A stretch of DNA of 52,742 bases from Candidatus Geohabitans tengchongensis (lineage in GTDB: Bacteria > Sysuimicrobiota > Sysuimicrobiia > Sysuimicrobiales > Humicultoraceae). Below the pieces are notes generated by a model. That model saw nothing but the letters and a program-made list of their open reading frames with translations, made no database searches and was not told the origin of the DNA. Positions 1-8,694 of the stretch are shown one piece after another. Position 1 is the stretch's first letter; each line of letters opens with the position of its first letter. The stretch is taken from contig JAVKIH010000017.1 of the NCBI GenBank assembly GCA_031459625.1, positions 1-52,742 of the forward strand. Direction: 5' to 3'. The position numbers and the translations under genes were made by a program.

Positions 1-475
1 GCGTCTCCTCCCGCTCCGGCGCGCCCGGCGACGCGCCGCGCACGTCGGGCTCGGGGCGCTGCGCCGTCGGGCCCGCCGCACCCGCGGCTGGGCGGGCGCC
101 AGGGACCTCCTGCTCGACCCGTGTCTGCACCAGGATCTGCCCCGGAGCCACCTCGTCGCGCGGCTCCACGGTGATGGCCAGCGGCCCGGTCAGGCGGTAG
201 CCGGCCTCGTCCAGGTGCTCGCGCAGGTAGGTGGCGAGCTCCTGGACCAGCACCTCGCGCCACGCCGCCATGGGCGCGAAGTCGCGCGGGTGCAGCGCCA
301 CCGCGTAGCGGTTGGGCGCGTAGGTGTGGTGGATGGCGTCGAAACGCCCCTCCTCGGCGGCGCGGGCCAGCCGGCGCGCCAGGTCGAGCGGGTGGACGCG
401 GCCGCTGAAGCGCCGCGAGAAGAAGCCCTCGACCGCTTCCTCCAGCCGTTGCTCCAGCCGGGCCAGCAGGCTCAC
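1..475 (-). CDS. fhaA: FhaA-like protein, N-terminal DUF3662 domain (runs off the window edge)
   Basis: Not in the ORF track. Manual translation from GTG at 475 (RBS AGGAGG just upstream) gives MSLLARLEQRLEEAVEGFFSRRFSGRVHPLDLARRLARAAEEG...YAPNRYAVALHPRDF, the typical DUF3662 pattern. The FHA domain would lie beyond base 1. Confidence 0.8.
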   Translation of the reverse strand, partial: MSLLARLEQRLEEAVEGFFSRRFSGRVHPLDLARRLARAAEEGRFDAIHHTYAPNRYAVALHPRDFAPMAAWREVLVQELATYLREHLDEAGYRLTGPLAITVEPRDEVAPGQILVQTRVEQEVPGARPAAGAAGPTAQRPEPDVRGASPGAPEREET

Positions 476-485
476 GGCGACCCTC

Positions 486-1790
486 CTATGCCGCCCTCCC
501 CGTTCGCTCCAGCACCGCCAGGTAGAAGCCGTCGGTGTCGTCCCGGTGCGGCAGCAGGGTGCGGGTCTCCTCCACCCGGAAGGCCGGGTAGCGGCGCACG
601 AACCCCTCCACGACCTCCGGCCCCTCTTCCGGCTCGAGGGAGCAGACCGCGTAGACCAGGCGCCCGCCCGGGCGCACCGCGCCACGGACCCCGGCCAGGA
701 GGGCGGCCTGGCGCGCGGCCATCTCCGTCGGGGCCGAGGGGCGCAGGCGCCAGCGGATCTCCGGCCGCCGCCGCACCACGCCGGTCCCCGTGCACGGCGC
801 GTCGAGCAGGACGCGGTCGGCCGCCCCGGCGAAGCGCCGCCCCGCCTCCCGGGCGTCCAGGTGGTGGGCCTCCACGATGTCGAGCCCCAGGCGCGCCACC
901 TGCTGCGCCACCAGCCGCAGCCGCCCCGGCTGGACGTCGCAGGCGATGACCCGTCCGCAGTTCTCCATCAGCTCCGCCAGGTGGGTGGCCTTGCCGCCGG
1001 GCGCGGCGGCCGCGTCCAGCACCGTCTCGCCCGGACGCGGGTCGACGGCGCGCGCCACCACCATCGACCCCTCGTCCTGCATGGTGACCAGGCCGTCCCG
1101 GTAGAGGTCGAGGCGCTCGTCCAGCGGGCCGCGCACGCGCAGCGCCTCGGGGACCACCCCCGGCGCGACGGCCATGCCCCGGGCGCGCAGCCGCTCCGCC
1201 ACCTCGTCGGGGGTGGCCCGCAGCCGGTTCACGCGCAGCGTGGAGGGCGGCGGGGTGTTGTTAGCCGCGCACAGCCTGGCCGTCTCCTCCCACCCCCAGC
1301 GGCGCAGCCACCGCTCCACCAGCCAGCGCGGGTGTGAGTACACGACGGCCAGGTGGCCGGCCGGGTCGGCGGCGGGGTCGGGCGGCGGCGGCTCGCCGGC
1401 GGCGGCCAGGCGCCGCAGCACGGCGTTCACCAGCCCCGCGGTCCCGCGGTGGCCGTGGCGGCGGGCCAGCTCGACGCTCGTGTCCACGGCCGCCGCGTCC
1501 GGTACCCGGTCGAGGAACCAGAGCTGGTAGAGGCCCAGGCGCAGGATCACCTGGATGGCCACGGGGAGGGTGGCGAGGCCCCGCGGCAGCACGGCGTTCA
1601 GCGCGTGGTCGAGGCGGCCGCGCTGCCGCAGCGTCCCCAGCACGACCTCGGTGATGAAGGCCCGGTCGGCGGGGGTGTGGCGCGTCCGCGCCAGGGTGTG
1701 GTGGAGGAGCGCCGTGCTGTAGGCCTGCCCGGCCTCGACGCGGCGCAGGACGGTAAAGATGGTCTCGCGGGCGTCGGCGGCGCCCGTCAC
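486..1790 (-). CDS. rsmB: 16S rRNA m5C967 methyltransferase RsmB/Sun
   Basis: NusB-like N-terminus; QDEGS, LDAAAAPGGKAT, VLLDAPCTGTG and LVYAVCS motifs; follows fmt. Confidence 0.95.
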   Translation of the reverse strand: MTGAADARETIFTVLRRVEAGQAYSTALLHHTLARTRHTPADRAFITEVVLGTLRQRGRLDHALNAVLPRGLATLPVAIQVILRLGLYQLWFLDRVPDAAAVDTSVELARRHGHRGTAGLVNAVLRRLAAAGEPPPPDPAADPAGHLAVVYSHPRWLVERWLRRWGWEETARLCAANNTPPPSTLRVNRLRATPDEVAERLRARGMAVAPGVVPEALRVRGPLDERLDLYRDGLVTMQDEGSMVVARAVDPRPGETVLDAAAAPGGKATHLAELMENCGRVIACDVQPGRLRLVAQQVARLGLDIVEAHHLDAREAGRRFAGAADRVLLDAPCTGTGVVRRRPEIRWRLRPSAPTEMAARQAALLAGVRGAVRPGGRLVYAVCSLEPEEGPEVVEGFVRRYPAFRVEETRTLLPHRDDTDGFYLAVLERTGRAA

Positions 1791-2479
1791 TCCTCCCGCA
1801 TCGCGCTCCGCAGGACCAGCAAGCGGACGAGCTGCAGCACGGCCATGGCCGCGGCGGCGACGTAGGTGAGCGCGGCGGCGTTCAGCACGGCGCGCACGCC
1901 GTCGGCCTCCTGCGGCAGGACCAACCCCTCGCCCTGCAGCACAGCCACCGCCCGGCTGCTGGCGTTGAACTCCACCGGCAGCGTCACCAGGGCGAAGAGC
2001 ACGTAGCCCAGGAAGATCAGGATCCCCAGGTCCACCAGGCGCGGCGCGCCCAGGACCAGCCCGAGCAGGAAGAGGATCCAGGCGGCGGGCGTCCCCACCT
2101 GGGCCACCGGCACGATGGCCGAGCGCAGCGCCAGGGGCGCGTAGCGCTCCCGGTCCTGGAAGGCGTGCCCGGCCTCGTGGGCGGCGACGCCGGCGGCGGC
2201 CACCGACGCGCTCCCGTAGACGGCGGGGGAGAGGCGCAGCGTCTTCGTGCGCGGGTCGTAGTGGTCGGCCAGCAGGCCGTGCACCGGCTCGATCCTCACG
2301 TGGCCAAGCCCCCGTCGGCGCAGCAGCTCGGCGGCCACCTCCGCGCCGGTGAGCCCGCGCTGCAGGGGCACCTGGGCGTACCGGTTGAAGGTGCTGCTCA
2401 CCTTGTACTGCGCGTACAGCGCCAGCGCGATCGCCGGCAGCAGCAAGATGTAGGTCGGGTCATAGTAGACGAACGGCAT
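1787..2479 (-). CDS. Membrane zinc metallopeptidase (YugP-like)
   Basis: ATG at 2479 (MPFVYYDPTY) with GGAGGG RBS; DHYDP, AAHEAGHA (HExxH), TLPVEFNASSRA and AAALTYVAA motifs. Confidence 0.9.
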   Translation of the reverse strand: MPFVYYDPTYILLLPAIALALYAQYKVSSTFNRYAQVPLQRGLTGAEVAAELLRRRGLGHVRIEPVHGLLADHYDPRTKTLRLSPAVYGSASVAAAGVAAHEAGHAFQDRERYAPLALRSAIVPVAQVGTPAAWILFLLGLVLGAPRLVDLGILIFLGYVLFALVTLPVEFNASSRAVAVLQGEGLVLPQEADGVRAVLNAAALTYVAAAAMAVLQLVRLLVLRSAMREE

Positions 2480-2529
2480 CGCTGATCCCTCCCGGGTGCC
2501 GTCCCTGCGGGGCGGCTCCCGCCTGGATT

Positions 2530-3510
2530 CTACCAGACTCCCTCGGGGGCCACCCCCTCGGGCGCGCCCCACCGCTCCCCGACACGCACCGGGTGCCCGC
2601 GGGCGTACTCGGCCGCGCCCATGCGCCGGCCGCCCTCCGGCTGGACCTCCCGGACGCGCAGGTACCCGTCCCCCGTGGCCACCAGGATCCCTTCGTCTTC
2701 GACGGCCAGCACCGTGCCGGGTTCCGTCCGCGCATCGGGGGGCGCCGGGACGGGTTCGGCGCGCCAGACCTTCAGCAGGCGCCCCTCCCGCCAGGTGTAC
2801 GCCGACGGCCAGGGATCCATCGCCCGGACCAGGTTGGCGATGGCCGCAGCGGGCCGGGTCCAGTCGATGCGCCCGTCCGCCTTGGTGAGGCGGCCGACGT
2901 AGGTGGCCTGGGACTCGTCCTGGGGGGTGCGCGGCGCACGCCCCTCGGCGATCAGGCGCACCGCCTCCACCAGCAGGCGCGCCGCCACCTCGGCCAGGCG
3001 CGCCTCCAGCGTGGCGGCGGTGTCGTCCGGGGCGATGGGGACGCGTTCCTGCAGGATGATGTCCCCCGCGTCGAGGGCTTCCGTCTGGTAGTGGATGGTC
3101 ACGCCCGTCTCCCGCTCCCCGTGCTTGATGGCGTGCTGGATCGGGGAGGCGCCGCGGTAGCGGGGCAGCAGCGAGGGGTGGGCGTTGATGGCGCCGAGCG
3201 GAGGCAGCGCCAGGAGCTCGGGCGGGACGATGCGCCCGTAGGCCACGGTGACGATCAGGTCCGGACGGGTGGCGCGCAGGGCGGCCAGCGTCTCGGGCGC
3301 GCGCAGGCGCAGCGGCTGGAAGAGCGGCAGGCCGGCCTGGCGCGCGTAGGCGGCCACCGGCGTGGGTTCGAGCCGCCGGCCGCGCCCGGCCGGGCGGTCG
3401 GGCTGGGTGACGACGCCGACGACGGGGACGACGGCACGCAGCGCCCGCAGCGAGGGGAGCGCGAAGGCGGGCGAGCCCAGGAAGAGGACGCGCGGGCCCT
3501 CGGGCGGCAT
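2530..3510 (-). CDS. fmt: Methionyl-tRNA formyltransferase
   Basis: VVTQPDRPAGRG, VAYGRI, INAHPSLLPRYRGASPI and LDAGDI motifs. Confidence 0.97.
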   Translation of the reverse strand: MPPEGPRVLFLGSPAFALPSLRALRAVVPVVGVVTQPDRPAGRGRRLEPTPVAAYARQAGLPLFQPLRLRAPETLAALRATRPDLIVTVAYGRIVPPELLALPPLGAINAHPSLLPRYRGASPIQHAIKHGERETGVTIHYQTEALDAGDIILQERVPIAPDDTAATLEARLAEVAARLLVEAVRLIAEGRAPRTPQDESQATYVGRLTKADGRIDWTRPAAAIANLVRAMDPWPSAYTWREGRLLKVWRAEPVPAPPDARTEPGTVLAVEDEGILVATGDGYLRVREVQPEGGRRMGAAEYARGHPVRVGERWGAPEGVAPEGVW

Positions 3511-3521
3511 GGGCGGCGCGA

Positions 3522-4037
3522 TCAGGCCTCCGCCCCCTGGCCCTCCCCGACGCGGGTGATCGTGGACGGGTCCTCCACGCGGTCGAGGAAGAGGATCCCG
3601 TCCAGGTGGTCGATCTCGTGCTGGAGGACGCGCGCCAGGTAGCCGTCGGCGTGGATCGTCACCCCGCGCCCGCGCCGGTTCTTGCCGCGGACGACCACGT
3701 GGAGGGCCCGGCGTACCGGGGCCACCACGCCGGGGATGGAGAGGCAGCCCTCCACCGCCACCTCCTCACCCTCGGCGGAGAGCACCTCAGGGTCGACCAG
3801 GGCGACGAGGCGGTCCTCCACCTCGGCCACCAGCACGCGCCGACTGTCCCCCACCTGCGGCGCGGCCAGCCCCACGCCCCCCGCCGCGCGCATGGTGGCG
3901 ATCATGGCGTCGATGAGGCGCTGCACTTCCGGCGTCACCTTGCCCACGGGGCGGGCGCGGCGGCGCAGGATCGCCGCCCGCGGGCTGTCCACGGTGACGA
4001 TCTCGAGGACGGTCGAGGCGGTCGCGGCGCGTGCCAT
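3522..4037 (-). CDS. def: Peptide deformylase
   Basis: GVGLAAPQVG, EGCLS and QHEIDHLDG motifs. Confidence 0.97.
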   Translation of the reverse strand: MARAATASTVLEIVTVDSPRAAILRRRARPVGKVTPEVQRLIDAMIATMRAAGGVGLAAPQVGDSRRVLVAEVEDRLVALVDPEVLSAEGEEVAVEGCLSIPGVVAPVRRALHVVVRGKNRRGRGVTIHADGYLARVLQHEIDHLDGILFLDRVEDPSTITRVGEGQGAEA

Positions 4038-4095
4038 CGGCTCCCAGCATAGCGAGCCCCTCTGCCGGTTGTCACGGCAGCCCGACGGGCGCGAG

Positions 4096-4147
4096 CGTGC
4101 CGGCCCACGGCGCTAGCGCACCCGTGCCGGCCCACGGCGTTAGCGCA
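4096..4147. repeat. 27-bp-period tandem duplication spanning the priA stop codon
   Basis: cgtgccggcccacggcgctagcgca (4096-4120) and cgtgccggcccacggcgttagcgca (4123-4147), one mismatch. Confidence 0.85.
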
Positions 4148-6197
4148 TCGGGGGCGGTCCGTCCACCTCCACCGCCAGCCGCACGCGGCCGTCCAGGTCG
4201 GCGCGGGCGGCCGCCAGCAGCGGGGCGCGCGGCACGCCGCGGCGGCCGCGCACCATGACCACGCGCGTCGCCTCCCGCCCCGGCAGCGGCGCCGGTCCCA
4301 GGACGTCCAGGTCGCCGTCCGCAGCCGCCAGCAGCGTCGCCAGGCGTCCCGCCACGGCGTCCACGCGCGCCGCCGTCCCCCGCACCTCCACCGTGACCAG
4401 CTCGGCAAAGGGCGGGTACCCGAAGGCGCGGCGGGCACGCAGCTCCTCGCGCAGGAAGCGCCCCAGCTCACCGCGGCGCAGCGCGACGACGGCCGGGGCG
4501 TCGGGCTGGTAGGTCTGCACGACGAACCACTCCCGCGCCAGGGCGCGGACGCGCCACAGCGTCCGGAAGCCCTCCTCGACGGCCCGGTAGTCGGCGTGGC
4601 GCAGCGCCGCGTCGGCCAGCACCACGCCGACCAGGTCGGCGGTCAGGCCGGGGAGCTCCAGCGCCGCCACCGTGGCCACCAGCACCCCGCCGCCGCGCCG
4701 GAACCGGTCGAGGACCGCCAGGCGCAGCGGCAGCGTCGGGGCGCTCTCGGCGTCGAGCCGGTGCACCGACGCGTCGAAGACCCGCTGTGCCCACCGCGCC
4801 ACACGCTGGGACCCCGCCCCGCGCGGGGCGAGGGCCGCTGCCCCGCAGGCGGGACAGGTCGCCGGCGCCGGGATGGTGCGCCGGCAGTACCGGCACCGCA
4901 GGGCGCGACCGCGCGCGTCGAAGGTTATGGGGATGGCGCACTGCGGGCAGCGGCAGTCCGCGCCGCACTCCCCGCAGGTGAGCCCGTCGGCGTAGCCGCG
5001 GCGCGCCACGAAGAGGAGGACGCGGCCGCCCGCTCCCAGCACCCCCCGCGCGTGGGCGAGGAGCGGCGCCGTCAGGAAGGCCCGGGCGTGCCGGCGCAGG
5101 TCCACGACCACGACCCGCGGCGCCCGCTGCGGGAGGCGCATCACGTGCACCCCCGGCCGCCCCGCCAGCGCGGCGGCAGCCAGGGAGGGGACCTCGTCGC
5201 CCAGCAGCAGGACCGTCTCTCCCTGCTGCGCGCGGATCCAGGCCACGTCGCGGGTCCGGTAGCGCGGCACGCGCTCCTCGACGTGGCCGCTCTCCCCCTC
5301 GCCGTCGACGGCGATGAGCCCGAGGCGCGGCAGCGGCGCGAAGACGGCGTGACGGGTGCCGACCACCACGGCGGTCGCCGGCACGGCCCGCCAGCGGGCC
5401 GCGCGCGCCTCGAGCGGGAGGTCGCCGTGCAGGAGGAGGAGCGGGCCGAGCGCGGCCAGGCGCCGGGCCATGCGCTCGGCTGCCGCCACCGAGGCACAGA
5501 GGACCAGCGCCTGCCGCCCCCGGCGCAGCGCGGAGGCCACCGCGGCGGCGGTGACCGCCTCGCGCTCCCGCCCCACCAGGATCACCACCCGGGCACGCTC
5601 CGCCTCCTCCGGCCACAGCGACGGGTGGAGGGCCACCTGGGGCCCCCCGCCGCGCACCGGGCCGGCCGGCGGCGGGAGCACCACCTCGAGCCGGCCCCCG
5701 GCCTCCAGGAAGGTCCGCAGGCCGGCCAGCCCGCCGAAGGCCCGGCGCAGGCCGGTGGGCGTCCACCCCGCTGCCCCCGCCTGGGCGCGGCGCGGCAGGG
5801 CCGCGCTCCCCTGCGCCACCGGCCGCAGGCGCACGTCCACGAGCGGCGGGGGGAGCATGGCGGCGAGCGCTTCGCCCACGCTGCAGACGTAACGCTCCGC
5901 CATCCACAGCGCCAGCTCGAGGAGGTCGGGAGGGAGGAGCGGCTGCGCCGCCAGCACGGCGGCGACGGGCCGCAGCGGGTGGGGCGGCGGGGCCGCTCCC
6001 TGCGGCGGCCCGGGGAGGACGTACCCGGCGAGCAGGCGGGTGCGGAACGGCACGAGCACCGGCGTGCCGGGCGGCAGCGGCGCCGGCGCCAGGTAGGTGA
6101 AGGCCACGTCCCCGGCGCGCAGCGGCAGGTCCAGGGCGACCCAGAGCGGGACCGCGGCCGCCGGTGCGGCCCCGGCCGCGTCCTGCGACGGAGTCAT
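4140..6197 (-). CDS. priA: Primosomal protein N' (PriA) with degenerate helicase motifs
   Basis: ATG at 6197 overlaps the coaC stop. FTY/VLVPF 3'-DNA-binding domain, VVVGTRHAVFAP, four CxxC pairs and the FGYPPF C-terminal motif; canonical position between coaBC and def. Confidence 0.9.
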   Translation of the reverse strand: MTPSQDAAGAAPAAAVPLWVALDLPLRAGDVAFTYLAPAPLPPGTPVLVPFRTRLLAGYVLPGPPQGAAPPPHPLRPVAAVLAAQPLLPPDLLELALWMAERYVCSVGEALAAMLPPPLVDVRLRPVAQGSAALPRRAQAGAAGWTPTGLRRAFGGLAGLRTFLEAGGRLEVVLPPPAGPVRGGGPQVALHPSLWPEEAERARVVILVGREREAVTAAAVASALRRGRQALVLCASVAAAERMARRLAALGPLLLLHGDLPLEARAARWRAVPATAVVVGTRHAVFAPLPRLGLIAVDGEGESGHVEERVPRYRTRDVAWIRAQQGETVLLLGDEVPSLAAAALAGRPGVHVMRLPQRAPRVVVVDLRRHARAFLTAPLLAHARGVLGAGGRVLLFVARRGYADGLTCGECGADCRCPQCAIPITFDARGRALRCRYCRRTIPAPATCPACGAAALAPRGAGSQRVARWAQRVFDASVHRLDAESAPTLPLRLAVLDRFRRGGGVLVATVAALELPGLTADLVGVVLADAALRHADYRAVEEGFRTLWRVRALAREWFVVQTYQPDAPAVVALRRGELGRFLREELRARRAFGYPPFAELVTVEVRGTAARVDAVAGRLATLLAAADGDLDVLGPAPLPGREATRVVMVRGRRGVPRAPLLAAARADLDGRVRLAVEVDGPPPMR

Positions 6198-6748
6198 GGC
6201 CGCTCGCTGAGCAGCCGCAGGATCTCCTGCAGGATCGTCTCCGGCTCGGCCATCCGCCCCAGGCCCTCGCGGCCGGAGGCGAGGCGCCCGTACTCGGGGC
6301 CGACGATGTGGGCGCCGCGGCGGCGCAGCGTCTCCAGGTGCTCCTGGACGGTGGGGTGGGCGTACATCAGGTCGCTCATCGCCGGGGCGATGAGCAGCGG
6401 GGCGCGCGTCGCCAGGGCCGTCGCCGCGACCAGGTCGTCCGCCAGCCCCAGCGCCAGGCGGGCCAGGGTGTGGGCGGTGGCCGGCGCGATGACGTAGAGG
6501 TCGGCCCGCGCGCCCAGCGCCACGTGCGGCTCGTCCCAGGGGTTCGCGGGGTCCCACAGGTCGGTGAGGACCGGCTGCTGGGAGAGGGCGCGGAAGGTGA
6601 GCGGCCCGACGAACTGCACCGCCGACGGCGTCATGAGCACGTGCACCTCGGCGCCCTCCTTGCGCAGCGCGCTCACCAGCGCCGCCACCTTGTAGGCGGC
6701 GATCCCGCCGGCCACCCCGACGAGGACGACCCGCCCCTCCAGCCGCAT
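6194..6748 (-). CDS. coaC: Stand-alone phosphopantothenoylcysteine decarboxylase (CoaC-type flavoprotein domain only)
   Basis: ATG at 6748; GVAGGIAAYK, APATAHTLARLALGLADDL, APAM and GRMAEPETI motifs; 184 aa with no CoaB domain. Confidence 0.85.
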   Translation of the reverse strand: MRLEGRVVLVGVAGGIAAYKVAALVSALRKEGAEVHVLMTPSAVQFVGPLTFRALSQQPVLTDLWDPANPWDEPHVALGARADLYVIAPATAHTLARLALGLADDLVAATALATRAPLLIAPAMSDLMYAHPTVQEHLETLRRRGAHIVGPEYGRLASGREGLGRMAEPETILQEILRLLSERP

Positions 6749-7281
6749 CAGGGGCGGACCGCGGGCTGCCGGCCGCGGATGAAGAGGAGGAGGGCGTCCA
6801 CGATGGTCTCGGCGCTCCACACCGAGGTGTCGACGACCAGGTGGTAGGGGGAGAGGTCGTTCACGTCGATGCCATACAGCTCCCGGTAGCGCCCCCACTC
6901 GCTGGCCTCGCGGCTCTGCAGCTCCGCGGTGGCCGCCGCCAGCGAGAGGCCGTCCCGCTGCGCCACGCGCGCCGCCCGCACCGCCAGCGGCGCCCGCAGC
7001 CAGACCTTCAGGTCGGCGTCCACCATCCAGCCGCTCAGCCGGCTCTCCACCACACAGGGCCCCTGGCGCGCCAGCGCCGCCTGCAGGCGGTCCACCTCGC
7101 GGTCGAGGCTCGGGTCGTCCTCCGCGGCCCGGTTGAGCTCCAGCACGGAGAGGCCGCGCTGTCGGGCCAGGTCGCGGAAGACCTCGCCGGCGGAGACGAC
7201 GCGCACGCCCAGGCGCTCGGCCAGCTGGCGGGCCACGGTGCTCTTGCCCACCCCGATCGGGCCCGCGATGGCGACGATCAC
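6748..7281 (-). CDS. cmk: Archaeal-type (d)CMP kinase family nucleotide kinase
   Basis: Walker [52 protein letters not shown]; 177 aa, the short archaeal Cmk pattern. Confidence 0.8.
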   Translation of the reverse strand: MIVAIAGPIGVGKSTVARQLAERLGVRVVSAGEVFRDLARQRGLSVLELNRAAEDDPSLDREVDRLQAALARQGPCVVESRLSGWMVDADLKVWLRAPLAVRAARVAQRDGLSLAAATAELQSREASEWGRYRELYGIDVNDLSPYHLVVDTSVWSAETIVDALLLFIRGRQPAVRP

Positions 7282-7595
7282 CGCCCGAACCCCTCCGGGC
7301 GCTCCGGGTCGGGTAGCTCCTCCTCCTCGACGTCGCGGCCGATGAAGCGGTGCGCCACCGTCTCGGGCTGCACGGCGGAGAGGACGACGTGGCCGCTGTC
7401 GGTGATGACGACGGCCCGGGTGCGCCGGCCCACGGTGGCGTCGATGAGCACGCCCCGCTCCCGCGCCTCCTGGATGATCCGCTTGATCGGCGCCGAGTCG
7501 GGGGCGACGATGGCGATGACGCGGTCGGCGGCCACGATGTTGCCGAACCCGATGTTGATCAGCCGCGGGCTACTCGACGTTCTGTACCTGCTCAC
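7278..7595 (-). CDS. remA: RemA/DUF370 regulatory protein (start uncertain)
   Basis: [10 protein letters not shown]...SAPIKRII...[14 protein letters not shown]...[13 protein letters not shown]; directly downstream of yicC as in Firmicutes. Confidence 0.92.
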   Translation of the reverse strand: MSRYRTSSSPRLINIGFGNIVAADRVIAIVAPDSAPIKRIIQEARERGVLIDATVGRRTRAVVITDSGHVVLSAVQPETVAHRFIGRDVEEEELPDPERPEGFGR

Positions 7596-8448
7596 GGAGG
7601 CTTTCCAGCTCACTCTTCATCTCGATGACGGCCCGGGCGATCTCCAGGTCGCCGGCCTTGCTCCCGATGGTGTTGGTCTCCCGACCCATCTCCTGCAGCA
7701 GGAATTCGAGCCGCCGCCCCACCGCGCCTGCCCCGGCGCTCACCAGCGCGCGGGCCTGGCCGAGGTGGCTGCGCAGGCGCACGAGCTCCTCGCTGATGTC
7801 GGCGCGCTCGGCCAGCAGCGCCACCTCGGCGGCCAGGCGCCCCTCGTCCAGCGGGACCTCGCCCAGCGCCTCCCGCAGCCGCTGGCGCAGCCGCGCCCGC
7901 CACTCTTCCACCACCCGGTCGGCGCGCCCCGCCACCACCTCGACCAGGGCCTCCAGCCGCTCCAGCCGCCGCAGCGCATCGGCCCGCAGCCGCTCACCTT
8001 CGGCGGTGCGCATGGCCACCAGCCCGGCCAGCGCGGCCTCCACCGCCGGCTGGAGCGCCGTCCACAGCGCCTCGGCGTCCTCGCGCGCCTCCTCCACCCG
8101 GATGACGTCGGGGAAGGCCGCCACCATGGCGAGCGTCACCTCGCCCGCCAGCCCCATGGCCGCGGCCAGCTCGCGGGCCGCGCTCACGTAGCCGGCGGCC
8201 AGGTCCAGGTCGGCGCGCACCGTGCGCGGACGGCGCCCGGCCTGCTCGCGCGCCACCGTCAGCTCCACCCGGCCGCGCTGGACCACGCGCTGCACGGCGG
8301 CCCGCAGGCGGTCCTCCAGCACCGCCAGGTCGCGGGGGGTGCGCACGGCCACCTCGCTGAAGCGGTGGTTCACCGAGCGCACCTCCACGGTGAACCGCCC
8401 GGCCGCCGTGTCGACCACCGCCGTCCCGTAGCCCGTCATGCTGCGCAT
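7570..8448 (-). CDS. yicC: YicC/YloC family endoribonuclease
   Basis: [47 protein letters not shown] and REQVQNVE motifs. Confidence 0.96.
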   Translation of the reverse strand: MRSMTGYGTAVVDTAAGRFTVEVRSVNHRFSEVAVRTPRDLAVLEDRLRAAVQRVVQRGRVELTVAREQAGRRPRTVRADLDLAAGYVSAARELAAAMGLAGEVTLAMVAAFPDVIRVEEAREDAEALWTALQPAVEAALAGLVAMRTAEGERLRADALRRLERLEALVEVVAGRADRVVEEWRARLRQRLREALGEVPLDEGRLAAEVALLAERADISEELVRLRSHLGQARALVSAGAGAVGRRLEFLLQEMGRETNTIGSKAGDLEIARAVIEMKSELESLREQVQNVE

Positions 8449-8694
8449 GCGGCGCCCATCCCTCCGTTCCCGCTCGCCACCGGCCGCCGCCGCTCGCCAC
8501 GGCCGCCCCGGAAGACCGCGACGGGCCCCGTCCCCGCGCAGGCGGTCCCTGGGCGGCCGACGGCGCTTTCCATCCTACACTGCCGTTCCCTGGCGTGGCC
8601 GGCCGGCGGGACCCCGCCCCTGCGGGCCCTGCCGGGCGCGCTCCTCGCCCGGTTGCTGCGGACCGGACGGGGGCGTAAGGTGGCGGGCAGAACC

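Noticed and set aside
6841..8694. N-terminal half of the 1239-aa ORF as an RqcH fusion
   Set aside because: It is the antisense shadow of cmk, remA and yicC; NFACT similarity starts only at about 8695.
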